A stretch of 52,691 bases of DNA from an uncultured Gammaproteobacteria bacterium (GCA_964522515.1 CAZFWC010000003.1:1-52691), one strand, 5' to 3'; positions 15,402 through 23,295 are shown, counted from the stretch's first letter. Numbers and translations: made by a program. The notes: generated by a model from the sequence alone, not told the origin.

Positions 15402-15752
15402 ATGCGACATCAAAAAACAAAAAAAACATTAGGCAGAAAAACTGGACCGCGAAAAGCATTATTTAAAAATTTATTGCAGTCTTTGATTTTGTATGAAAAA
15501 ATAAAAACAACAGAAATAAAAGCAAAAGAAATTAAACCTTTAATGGAAAAAATGGTTACACGCGCTAAAAATGACTCTTTACACAATCGTCGTGAAATAA
15601 TGAAAATAATTCCAACAAAAAATGCTGTTAAAAAATTATTTGAAGTTGTTGGACCAAAGTACAAAGAAAGAAAAGGCGGGTACTTAAGAATTATAAAATT
15701 AAATCCAAGAAAAGGGGACGGAGCTAAAATGGCAATTATAGAATTTATTTAG
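15402..15752 (+). CDS. rplQ: 50S ribosomal protein L17
   Basis: 116 aa. MRHQKTKKTLGRKTGPRKAL is a typical L17 start. Follows rpoA. Confidence 0.92.
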   Translation: MRHQKTKKTLGRKTGPRKALFKNLLQSLILYEKIKTTEIKAKEIKPLMEKMVTRAKNDSLHNRREIMKIIPTKNAVKKLFEVVGPKYKERKGGYLRIIKLNPRKGDGAKMAIIEFI

Positions 15753-15814
15753 TGTTACCCGAATAAAACACGAATTATTTCCAAATAAATCCGAATATTT
15801 TTTTTAAATATTTT

Positions 15815-16162
15815 ATGAACAGAAAAACACACACAATTGATGTTTCTGGAAAAGTGCTTGGTCGAATCGCGACAGAAGTTGTTTTAATTTTGCGTGGAAA
15901 AAATAAGCCAACTTTTACCCCTTATTTAGACGAAGGAGACAATGTAATTATTAAAAATGTTGATAAAATGAAATTCACAGGAAAAAAGTTGGATAAAAAA
16001 GTCTACAAACATCACACAGGATATATTGGACATTTAAAAGTTACAAAAATGGGTCAAGTTTATGAAAAAAATCCACAAAAAGTTTTTATTAAAGCTGTTC
16101 ACAACATGCTTCCAAAAAATAAATTAAGAAAAGAAATGATGAAGCGATTAAGATTTGAATAA
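15815..16162 (+). CDS. rplM: 50S ribosomal protein L13 (short)
   Basis: 115 aa. IDVSGKVLGRIATEVVLILRGKNKPTFTPY and HHTGYIGHLK are L13-like. Paired with rpsI. Confidence 0.88.
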   Translation: MNRKTHTIDVSGKVLGRIATEVVLILRGKNKPTFTPYLDEGDNVIIKNVDKMKFTGKKLDKKVYKHHTGYIGHLKVTKMGQVYEKNPQKVFIKAVHNMLPKNKLRKEMMKRLRFE

Positions 16163-16175
16163 TGAATTAAAAATT

Positions 16176-16652
16176 ATGAATAAAGAAATTAAAAAACAAA
16201 ATAAATTAGTAAAAAAAGTTGTGTCTAAAACAACTAATCTTAAAGTTGAAAAAAACACAAAAAATTTTACTCGCGCTGTGGGTCGGAGAAAAACTTCGTC
16301 AGCTCGAGTTCGTTTGTATCCAAAAGGAAAAGGCAAAATAGAAATTAATAAAAGAGATTTAAAAGAATATTTTCCGCACGATTTATTAAATCAAAAAGTT
16401 TTTGCCCCGCTTGTTGCTGTTGGAAAGAAAAATGATTTTGATTTTACAATAAAAGTTGTTGGTGGGGGACAAACAGGTCAAGCTGATGCTTGCGCGCACG
16501 GAATTGCTAGAGCATTGCTTAAATTTAATTTAGAAGATTATAAAATAATTTTACGCAAAAAAGGATTTTTAACCAGAGATCCTAGACAAAAAGAAAGGAA
16601 AAAACCTGGTTTGAAAAAAGCAAGAAAATCTCCGCAGTGGAGTAAGAGGTAA
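16176..16652 (+). CDS. rpsI: 30S ribosomal protein S9 with basic N-terminal extension
   Basis: ATG at 16176; the ORF-track start at 16155 is a TTG overlapping rplM. S9 core: GRRKTSSARVRLYPKGKGKIEIN, GGGQTGQADACAHGIARAL, and a C-terminal KR tail. Confidence 0.88.
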   Translation: MNKEIKKQNKLVKKVVSKTTNLKVEKNTKNFTRAVGRRKTSSARVRLYPKGKGKIEINKRDLKEYFPHDLLNQKVFAPLVAVGKKNDFDFTIKVVGGGQTGQADACAHGIARALLKFNLEDYKIILRKKGFLTRDPRQKERKKPGLKKARKSPQWSKR

Positions 16653-16664
16653 AATATTTTAAAT

Positions 16665-16692
16665 AAAAAACTGGTTTTAAGCCAGTTTTTTT
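16665..16692 (+). terminator. bidirectional terminator between rpsI and the Mur ligase gene
   Basis: AAAAAACTGG-TTTTAAG-CCAGTTTTTT. Overlaps the stop codon of the minus-strand gene. Confidence 0.6.
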
Positions 16693-17936
16693 ATTTCCTC
16701 TTTAACAATTTTTCTATCATCCCAATCAATCATTTTTCCATTTGCTAAACACATTTTTTGTTCAGCGCCTTTGCCAGTAAGTAAAATTAAATCATTAGGT
16801 TTTGCAAGTAGCAGAGCTTTTTGAATTGCTTCTCTTCTATCTAATATTTTATATAATTTATTTTCTGGAACTTTAGATGCAACTTGATTAATAATTTCTT
16901 GTGGATTTTCATCGTACGGATCTTCGTTGGTTACAATTACAGTGTTTGCATTTTCTGATGTTAATTTTCCAAGAATTTGTCTGCGAGATTTGTCGCGTCC
17001 TCCACCAGCTGATCCTAAAATATGAATTATTTTATTGTGTTCCACATTTTTTACTGTTTCATATAATTTTTCAATTGCTTTTGGTTCAAAAGCGTAATCA
17101 ATTAAAATTTTAATTTTTAAATCATTTTTAATAAATTCTAATCTGCCGGGTAAAGGTTTTAAATTTTCAACTGCTGATTTGACAGGGTAAATTTTATCTT
17201 CTGCAACTTTTAAAACTTTAGCCACAGCAACACCAGCTAAAATATTATATTTATTATAATCACCGAGTAAATTAATTTTTAAATTATTTAATTTAACATC
17301 TGCATTTGAATTTATTCCGTAAGTTATTTTTTTGTCTGCCCAAAAATTTAAAAAATATTCTGCGTGTTCGTCATCTAAATTTGCAATTATTGTTTTTTTT
17401 ATTTCTAATTTCTTTTTTTTGCATTTAGATAAATATTTAAATAATTTGCCTTTTGTAGTTTTATAATTTTCAAAACTGCCGTGTGATTCAATGTGCTCTG
17501 GATAAAGATTTGTAAAAACTAAAATATCATAATTAATTCCCAAATGTCTGAACTGTTTTATTCCTTCTGAACTTGTTTCAATAATTGCGACTTCACATTT
17601 ATTTTTAACCATTTGTTTTAATAATTTTTGCAAACCAAATCTTCCAAGCATTGTCATTTTTTTATTATTTAACCATTCTTTTTTATTTATTTTAAATAAA
17701 GTAGTTGTGCTCATTCCAACTTTAAAACCTGCTTTTTCTAAAATTTGCGCAATAAAATAGCACGAAGAAGATTTTCCAGTTGTGCCGGTTACTCCAATTA
17801 CAATCATTTTGTTTGATGGATAATTATAAACTAAAGCGCTAATTTTAGCCAAGATCCAATGATAAATTGGCTGTAATTTTTCAAACAGTTTTTTTGGAAT
17901 TATTTTTTTAATTAAATTTAGGAGTTTGTTTATCAT
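16677..17936 (-). CDS. Mur ligase family protein (MurE-like, no N-terminal domain)
   Basis: GVTGTTGKSSS P-loop, ETSSEG, and Mur ligase middle and C-terminal domains. Start moved to the ATG at 17936, which has a GGGGAGAG SD-like upstream. Upstream codons run into the repeat at 17941-18052. Confidence 0.8.
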   Translation of the reverse strand: MINKLLNLIKKIIPKKLFEKLQPIYHWILAKISALVYNYPSNKMIVIGVTGTTGKSSSCYFIAQILEKAGFKVGMSTTTLFKINKKEWLNNKKMTMLGRFGLQKLLKQMVKNKCEVAIIETSSEGIKQFRHLGINYDILVFTNLYPEHIESHGSFENYKTTKGKLFKYLSKCKKKKLEIKKTIIANLDDEHAEYFLNFWADKKITYGINSNADVKLNNLKINLLGDYNKYNILAGVAVAKVLKVAEDKIYPVKSAVENLKPLPGRLEFIKNDLKIKILIDYAFEPKAIEKLYETVKNVEHNKIIHILGSAGGGRDKSRRQILGKLTSENANTVIVTNEDPYDENPQEIINQVASKVPENKLYKILDRREAIQKALLLAKPNDLILLTGKGAEQKMCLANGKMIDWDDRKIVKEEIKKLA

Positions 17937-17940
17937 TTTA

Positions 17941-18052
17941 GAGTCTCTCCCCATTTTCAAGGGGGAGATTAAGAGGGGGTTAATAATTTTAATTAAATAA
18001 TTTATTAACCACCCCCAACCCCTCCTTCAAAAGGAGGGGAGGATATTTTTTT
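17941..18052 (-). repeat. Family-2 triple-hairpin GC-rich element, copy 1
   Basis: GAGTCTCTCCCCATTTTCAAGGGGGAGATTAAGAGGGGGTTAATAATTTTAATTAAATAATTTATTAACCACCCCCAACCCCTCCTTCAAAAGGAGGGGAGG. It spans the junction between the Mur ligase gene and the upstream membrane-protein gene. Confidence 0.9.
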
Positions 18053-19042
18053 GTCAAATTGTTTATAAAAAATTAAACCTAAAGGGAAGTAAAGCCAAAA
18101 AGAGAAAAAACGATAAATCAGCATTACTGAAAGTGATAATTCAAAATTTACACCAAGTGAATTAAAAATTAAAACCATTGCGGCATCAAATGCGCCTACC
18201 CCGCCCGGAATAAATGAAATTAAACCAAATAATCTTCCAAACGCAAAAGCAACAACTCCTAATCCAATTGGAACCAGAGATCCAAAAGCTAAAAATATTA
18301 AAAAAATCGTTAAACCATCAGATAAGAATTTTAAAAATTGCATTATTGCTGGATTTAAAATTTTTATTTTATTATTTTTAAGCCAAGATAAACCTTGATA
18401 AAAATCATTAAGCAATTCTTGAATTCTATCTTTTTGTTTTATTCCGTCTTCAGCTTTGTCAACTTTTTCCGCGAGCCAAACAACTCTTTTGTGCGCTCGC
18501 TCTTTTTTCCCAACAAAAAAGTAAATTGTAAAAATAATAAAACCAATAATTAAAACAAAACCAATAACTGCAATTTTTTGTGTGTGGCCAATATCACCAA
18601 GTTTAAAAAATAAATAAATTAAACTTAAAATTAATAAAATAAAAAAAGCAGAATAATAACATATTACTTCAATCACAATTGACAAAAGCGCTTTGCCTTC
18701 TTTTACTCCTTGTTTTTTAAGTTGTTTTAGAAACCAAATATTTCCAGCAAAACCAAGAGAAGGAATAGTAAAATTTAAAAATAAAACAGTGATTCCGATT
18801 TTAATTAATTTTAAAAATGAAAAATTAGGAATTTTTACAATTTTAAATGTTGACTTATAAACTCCAGCTTGCAAAGAAAAATTTAACAGTTGCGAACCAA
18901 AAGCCAAAGCAAGCCAGTACAATTTTGCTTGACCAAAAAGTTGTCCAATTTCTCGCAGTTCTGAAAATTTAAACAAAACAATAAAAATTGCGATTAATAA
19001 TAAAATCGGAAAAAATATTTTTTTGTTTTTAAAAAAATTCAT
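18005..19042 (-). CDS. polytopic membrane protein, lysyl-PG-synthase-TM/flippase-like (UPF0104-like)
   Basis: 345 aa with ~8 TM helices. Family assignment is tentative. The last ~12 codons (SSPPFEGGVGGG) are encoded by the GC-rich repeat at 17941-18052. Confidence 0.55.
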   Translation of the reverse strand: MNFFKNKKIFFPILLLIAIFIVLFKFSELREIGQLFGQAKLYWLALAFGSQLLNFSLQAGVYKSTFKIVKIPNFSFLKLIKIGITVLFLNFTIPSLGFAGNIWFLKQLKKQGVKEGKALLSIVIEVICYYSAFFILLILSLIYLFFKLGDIGHTQKIAVIGFVLIIGFIIFTIYFFVGKKERAHKRVVWLAEKVDKAEDGIKQKDRIQELLNDFYQGLSWLKNNKIKILNPAIMQFLKFLSDGLTIFLIFLAFGSLVPIGLGVVAFAFGRLFGLISFIPGGVGAFDAAMVLIFNSLGVNFELSLSVMLIYRFFSFWLYFPLGLIFYKQFDKKISSPPFEGGVGGG

Positions 19043-19063
19043 TTTAACTTCCCTTAAAGTGGA

Positions 19064-20155
19064 TTAGAAATTTAAAAATTTATTAAAAATTTTGCCTAGT
19101 TTAAATAAATTGTACCATTTTTTATTTAAAATATAATCAAACGAACCAACAAAATTTATTTCTTTTCCAGTTTGTTCTTTAACAAAACCTTTTTTAAATT
19201 TTGTAATTCCTGTCCAATTTTTTGTTGTTTCTGATTCAATTCCCCAAAAATCATAATATTTATAATTATTTTTTTTAGCCCATTTAATCGCTTCCCATTG
19301 AATCAAATAATTTGGCATTAAATTTCTTTTTTCATTTGATGAAGCTCCGTAAAAATATGTTGCTGTGTTGCCAAAACCGACTACGATAATTGATGAGAGG
19401 GGTTGGTTTTTGTGTTCTGCAAAAAAAAGATTTAAGATTAAAGATTTATGATTTATGATTTTATTTTTATTAAAATAATTTAATAAATTTTCATAATAAT
19501 TTTTATTAAAAATATTTATTTTGTCGCGTTCAGCTGTTTGTTTAATTAAATTATAAAAAATATCAATATTTTTTTCTTGTTTAATTATAATTTCTTTTTT
19601 TTCAGAAAGTCTAATATTGTATCTAGTTTTTTGGCGCATTGATTTTAAAATTTCATCTTCTGATCTTTCTAAATTTAAAATTAAAGTATTTTCAGGTTCT
19701 TTTAAGTTTGTTAGGATTTTAGGAAATTTAAAATTGAAAATTGAAAATTGAAAATTATTACAATAAGGTGGCGCAATTCTAAAAAATATTATTTTTTCTT
19801 TTTTACTAATATTCTTAATTTCTTGAATTAATAATTTAAAAATTTTTGAAATTTTATCATTGTTTGAAAATTGAAAATTGAAAATTGAAAATTTTATAAT
19901 TGGTCCTTTTGCACAATTTAAATAAAATTTTTTATTTGGTAAAGTGCGTTTTACAAACAAAGCAACAGAAATTAATTCATCTTCTTGATAAATCGCAAAT
20001 CTAAATAAATTATTTCCACATTTTTCCTTTTCACCTTTTTCCTTAAATTCCCCCCATTCCCAAGATTGCAAAAAACTAGCCGGAGAGCTGCTTTCAATTA
20101 CAAAATTATTCCATTTGTCTTTAAAGTTTTCATCTGTGATTTGTTTGATTTGCAT
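19064..20155 (-). CDS. FemAB-family peptidoglycan bridge peptidyltransferase (FemX-like)
   Basis: 363 aa. SFLQSWEWGEFK and the C-terminal YDFWGI..KFKKGF motifs are typical of FemX/lipid II aminoacyltransferases. Contains three heptamer-repeat insertions. Confidence 0.8.
   Translation of the reverse strand: MQIKQITDENFKDKWNNFVIESSSPASFLQSWEWGEFKEKGEKEKCGNNLFRFAIYQEDELISVALFVKRTLPNKKFYLNCAKGPIIKFSIFNFQFSNNDKISKIFKLLIQEIKNISKKEKIIFFRIAPPYCNNFQFSIFNFKFPKILTNLKEPENTLILNLERSEDEILKSMRQKTRYNIRLSEKKEIIIKQEKNIDIFYNLIKQTAERDKINIFNKNYYENLLNYFNKNKIINHKSLILNLFFAEHKNQPLSSIIVVGFGNTATYFYGASSNEKRNLMPNYLIQWEAIKWAKKNNYKYYDFWGIESETTKNWTGITKFKKGFVKEQTGKEINFVGSFDYILNKKWYNLFKLGKIFNKFLNF
19427..19460. repeat. Heptamer microsatellite (A[AT]GATTT)n inside the FemX-like CDS
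   Basis: AAGATTTAAGATTAAAGATTTATGATTTATGATT uses the same word set as 4271-4303. Translated on the minus strand as INHKSLILNLF. Confidence 0.8.
19730..19757. repeat. Heptamer array (AAAATTG)x4 inside the FemX-like CDS
   Basis: AAAATTGAAAATTGAAAATTGAAAATTA, translated as NFQFSIFNF. Confidence 0.85.
19864..19894. repeat. Heptamer array (GAAAATT)x4 inside the FemX-like CDS
   Basis: TTGAAAATTGAAAATTGAAAATTGAAAATTT, translated as FSIFNFQFS. Confidence 0.85.
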
Positions 20156-20165
20156 AATTTAAATT

Positions 20166-20753
20166 CTATTTTTTCTTTCCTAAATTTTTTAAAGCGGACT
20201 TAATTATTTCATCTTCATTTTCAATTTCATTTGGAACTTGGCGCAAAGAGTCGCGAATTTCTTGAGGCAAATAACCCAAACTTTGCAAAGCCTCAAAAGC
20301 GCCAGCTTGACCATCAGACGCTAAATCAACTTTTTCATCTTTTCCAACAGGCAAGTTATCTAATTTATTTTTCAACTCAACCACAATTCTTTCTGCTGTT
20401 TTAGTTCCAATTCCAGAAACTTTTTTTAACAAACTTGGGTCGTCTCGCAAAATTGCTTTTTTAATTTCTGATAATTTTGCAATTGATAAAGTTTGTAAAG
20501 CTGATTTTGGCCCAACACCAGAAATTGAAATTAGTAATTCAAAAAATCTTTTTTCATTTTGTGTTTCAAAACCGTAAAGATTTAAAGCATCTTCTCTAAC
20601 ATAAGTGTGAATAAAAAATTCTTTTTCTTTATTGATTTTAAGTTTTTCTAAAATTGGTTCAGTTGTAAAAATTTCAAATCCAATATTGTTCACAATTAAA
20701 GTTAGTGATTTAGTGTTTTTAAATTTAATTGCGCCAGATAAATAAGAAATCAT
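20166..20753 (-). CDS. ruvA: Holliday junction DNA helicase RuvA
   Basis: 195 aa. OB N-terminus (MISYLSGAI) and two HhH motifs (ISGVGPKSA, VSGIGTKTAERIV). Confidence 0.9.
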   Translation of the reverse strand: MISYLSGAIKFKNTKSLTLIVNNIGFEIFTTEPILEKLKINKEKEFFIHTYVREDALNLYGFETQNEKRFFELLISISGVGPKSALQTLSIAKLSEIKKAILRDDPSLLKKVSGIGTKTAERIVVELKNKLDNLPVGKDEKVDLASDGQAGAFEALQSLGYLPQEIRDSLRQVPNEIENEDEIIKSALKNLGKKK

Positions 20754-20761
20754 ATTTTTAA

Positions 20762-20927
20762 TTCTCCCCTCCTTTTCAAGGAGAGTTTTATTATTAGGAC
20801 TTTTTAGAGTCTCTCCCCATTTTCAAGGGGGAGACTAAGAGGGGGTTAATAATTTTAATTAAATTATTTATTAACCACCCCCAGCCCCTCCCTGCCTACC
20901 GGACAGGCAGGCTTGAAAAGGAGGGGA
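20762..20927 (-). repeat. Family-2 element, copy 2, with nested palindromic module and an extra hairpin
   Basis: Same core as copy 1 with few substitutions. CCTGCCTACCGGACAGGCAGG is inserted in the loop of the last hairpin. An extra CTCCCCTCCTTTTCAAGGAGAG hairpin abuts the ruvA ATG. Confidence 0.9.
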
Positions 20928-20971
20928 GATTTAATTTAATCTTACCAAATCAGACTTGAAAAATCAATAAT

Positions 20972-21005
20972 TAAAAAAATAAAAAGCGAGGATTAATTCT
21001 CGCTT
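20972..21005 (-). terminator. intrinsic terminator after ORF 21013-21249
   Basis: Minus strand reads AAGCGAG-AATTAATC-CTCGCTT followed by TTTATTTTTTT. Confidence 0.65.
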
Positions 21006-21012
21006 TGCTGTT

Positions 21013-21249
21013 TTAAAAAATAAATTTAATTTTTTTGATTGTGAATTTTCTAGACACCCAACAATCAGAATTAAAAATTACATTAAGTTTTTTTAAAACT
21101 ATTTGTTTTGTTCTGTAATTAAAAAGAAAATTTAAAAAAGAAAGATTTTTTAATGTAAAGAAAAAATTTTGATTTAGTACAATCTCTTTTTGTGTGTCAG
21201 AAGAAACACCAATAAAATTAATTACCACTAATTTTTTTATTTTAAACAT
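21013..21249 (-). CDS. hypothetical 78-aa protein
   Basis: Strong RBS (AAGGAGGAATT before the ATG) and a hairpin plus T-run terminator directly after the stop codon. No similarity recognised. Confidence 0.4.
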   Translation of the reverse strand: MFKIKKLVVINFIGVSSDTQKEIVLNQNFFFTLKNLSFLNFLFNYRTKQIVLKKLNVIFNSDCWVSRKFTIKKIKFIF

Positions 21250-21314
21250 AATTCCTCCTTGTGTTTTATAAAATTTAATAAGAACTTTTTAAGCTTAAAT
21301 CTTTATTAGTAAAT

Positions 21315-21343
21315 TTGTCAAATTTGAATTAAAAGTATAGAAT
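21315..21343 (+). promoter_or_regulatory. candidate promoter for the 21420-22726 operon
   Basis: TTGTCA-17 nt-TAGAAT. The family-3 hairpin would lie in the 5' UTR. Confidence 0.5.
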
Positions 21344-21363
21344 GAAAGTGGTAGCAACAAACA

Positions 21364-21388
21364 GGCTCCACCCAAGAGGGATGGAGCC
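21364..21388 (+). repeat. Family-3 hairpin
   Basis: GGCTCCACCCAAGAGGGATGGAGCC followed by AAC, 32 nt before the ATG at 21420. Confidence 0.85.
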
Positions 21389-21419
21389 AACTAATAATTT
21401 AAAAGTGTAAGATAAAATT

Positions 21420-22004
21420 ATGTTAGAAAAAATTTTTGGTTCCAGAACCAGAGTAAAATTATTAAAAATATTTTTAACTCATCCGGGTGAGTATTTTTTT
21501 GTGCGTGAATTAGCTCGGCAAACAGAAGAAAGATTAAATTCAATTCGCAGAGAATTAGACAACCTTGTTGATTTTGGTTTGATTCGCGTGGAAGATAAAA
21601 TCAAAATGGATTTGGAAAAAGAAAATGAAAAACAAAAAAAGAAATTTTATACAGTTAATACAGATTTTGTGCTTTATAATGAATTTAAAAATTTAATTTT
21701 AAAATCAAAATTGCTTTTGGAAAAATCTTTAGCAAAAGAAATCAAAAATTTAGGAAATGTAAAATTTTTAATGTTGTCTGGAATTTTTGTTGATGATAAA
21801 AACGCAAAAACAGATTTATTAATTGTTGGTGAATTTAGTAAAATTAAATTAGATAAATTAATTAATAAATTAGAAAAAATTTTTGATCAGGAAATTCGTT
21901 ATACAGCAATGGATAATAAAGAATTTGATTACCGAAATGAAATTACTGACAAATTTTTATTTGAAGTTTTGGAAGGGAAGAAAATAGTTGTAGTTGATAA
22001 ATAA
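21420..22004 (+). CDS. winged-helix (ArsR/MarR-like) transcriptional regulator-like protein
   Basis: 194 aa. N-terminal RTRVKLLKIFLTHPGEYFFVRELARQTEERLNSIRRELDNLVDFGLI looks like a wHTH fold. Confidence 0.6.
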   Translation: MLEKIFGSRTRVKLLKIFLTHPGEYFFVRELARQTEERLNSIRRELDNLVDFGLIRVEDKIKMDLEKENEKQKKKFYTVNTDFVLYNEFKNLILKSKLLLEKSLAKEIKNLGNVKFLMLSGIFVDDKNAKTDLLIVGEFSKIKLDKLINKLEKIFDQEIRYTAMDNKEFDYRNEITDKFLFEVLEGKKIVVVDK

Positions 22005-22012
22005 AATTTTTT

Positions 22013-22726
22013 ATGCAAGAACGCCTACAAAAAATTTTATCAAGATTTGGTGTTGCTTCTCGCAGAAAAGCAGAAGAGCTTATTTTAAATAAAAAAGTTT
22101 TAGTAAATAATAAAATTGCAAAATTAGGTCAAAAAGTTGATTTAAAGAAAGATATTGTTGAAGTAAAACACAGAAGCCTGTCCGCCGAAGCTGGGAATTT
22201 TAGGGTTGAAGCGAAGGAGGAACAGGCGGTTTATTATTTAGTTAATAAACCTGTGAATTTTACTTGCTCTGTTTCTGATAAACACGCTAAAAAATTAATT
22301 ACTGATTTAGTCCCTAAAAATCCAAAAGTTTGGCCAGTTGGGAGATTGGATAAAAATTCAACGGGTTTAATAATTTTAACTAATGACGGAAATTTAACAA
22401 ATAAATTAACTCATCCAAAATTTAAACACGAAAAGGAATACGAAGTTGCGGTTGATAAAAAAATTTCTGAAAAATTTTTGCAGAAAATGAAAAAGGGAAT
22501 TAAATTAGATGAAGGAGTTGCTAAAGCTGATAAAATTATTGCGTTAAATAAAAATAAATTTATAATAATTTTACATCAAGGTTGGAAAAGACAAATCCGC
22601 AGAATGTGTGAGAAATTAAATTATAAAGTTTTGGAATTAAAAAGAACAAGAATTGGAAAAATAAAATTAAAAGATTTAAAAGAAGGCAAGTTTGAAGAAA
22701 TAAAAAAGCCACTGGATGTAAATTAG
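22013..22726 (+). CDS. RsuA/RluB-family pseudouridine synthase with S4 domain
   Basis: 237 aa. S4 domain (RLQKILSRFGVASRRKAEELI) and catalytic GRLDKNSTGLIILTNDG. Has an in-frame GC-rich insertion at 22177-22229. Confidence 0.88.
   Translation: MQERLQKILSRFGVASRRKAEELILNKKVLVNNKIAKLGQKVDLKKDIVEVKHRSLSAEAGNFRVEAKEEQAVYYLVNKPVNFTCSVSDKHAKKLITDLVPKNPKVWPVGRLDKNSTGLIILTNDGNLTNKLTHPKFKHEKEYEVAVDKKISEKFLQKMKKGIKLDEGVAKADKIIALNKNKFIIILHQGWKRQIRRMCEKLNYKVLELKRTRIGKIKLKDLKEGKFEEIKKPLDVN
22177..22229 (+). repeat. Family-1 fragment (inverted orientation) inside the pseudouridine synthase CDS
   Basis: CCTGTCCGCCGAAGCTGGGAATTTTAGGGTTGAAGCGAAGGAGGAACAGGCGG, translated as SLSAEAGNFRVEAKEEQA between the S4 and catalytic domains. 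Confidence 0.85.
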
Positions 22727-22754
22727 TGGCAGTGTAAAAGTTTTTTATTTAAAT

Positions 22755-23039
22755 TTAATTTATTTTAAATAAATTTCTTGTTTTAGTTTTAAAAATAGAT
22801 TTCATTGTTTGTTTAATTTTGATAGAGATGATTTGTTGTGGTTGTAAAACTTTTGATGATTCTTTCTTAATCTCAGTTGTAATAATGATTATCTGGTCAT
22901 CTTCTACACAACATTGTCCAATATCTGCAGGTACAAAAAAAGTGTAAGAGCTGTTTTTTAGAATTAATACAGACTTTGTTTGACCGCTGCTGTTTTTGAT
23001 GGGCGTAATTTTTTTGACGATTCCATTAAATTGAGCCAT
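22755..23039 (-). CDS. hypothetical small protein (paralog of 23062-23295)
   Basis: 94 aa. GGAGG RBS upstream. Shares the pattern G-x-[IV]-x-K-[IF] ... K[IV][IL]xP[EQ][EQ]I[FI]xI[EK]I with its neighbour. Confidence 0.55.
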   Translation of the reverse strand: MAQFNGIVKKITPIKNSSGQTKSVLILKNSSYTFFVPADIGQCCVEDDQIIIITTEIKKESSKVLQPQQIISIKIKQTMKSIFKTKTRNLFKIN

Positions 23040-23061
23040 TAAAAAAACCTCCTTGATTTAG

Positions 23062-23295
23062 TTAATTTTTTGGGTAAATAAGTTCGTCGTTTATTTCTAT
23101 TAAAAATATTTCTTCTGGTTTAATTATTTTAGCTCCAGAAAAATTAAATTCAATTCTTACAAGATCAAAAAATTTAAGTTCATTTTCTAATTCAGGCGGT
23201 TTAAATAATAATAATAAATTACCAAGATAAAAATCATTTTCACTTTCAAATTTAGATATTGTTCCAACAGCGTATCTAATTTTAGGTTTAGGCAT
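23062..23295 (-). CDS. hypothetical small protein (paralog of 22755-23039)
   Basis: 77 aa. AGGAGAA RBS upstream. First gene of a two-gene unit. Confidence 0.55.
   Translation of the reverse strand: MPKPKIRYAVGTISKFESENDFYLGNLLLLFKPPELENELKFFDLVRIEFNFSGAKIIKPEEIFLIEINDELIYPKN

Noticed and set aside
19730-19894. Whether the regularly repeated short sequences (heptamer arrays and GC palindromes) form a CRISPR array.
   Set aside because: The heptamer units are contiguous with no spacers. The GC palindromes are dispersed kilobases apart with no regular repeat-spacer periodicity. No cas genes are present.
20939-20967. A candidate ruvA operon promoter, TTGATT-17-TAAGGA, on the minus strand.
   Set aside because: The -10 hexamer lacks the invariant final T, and alternative spacings are no better. 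The true promoter upstream of the family-2 repeat could not be located with confidence.
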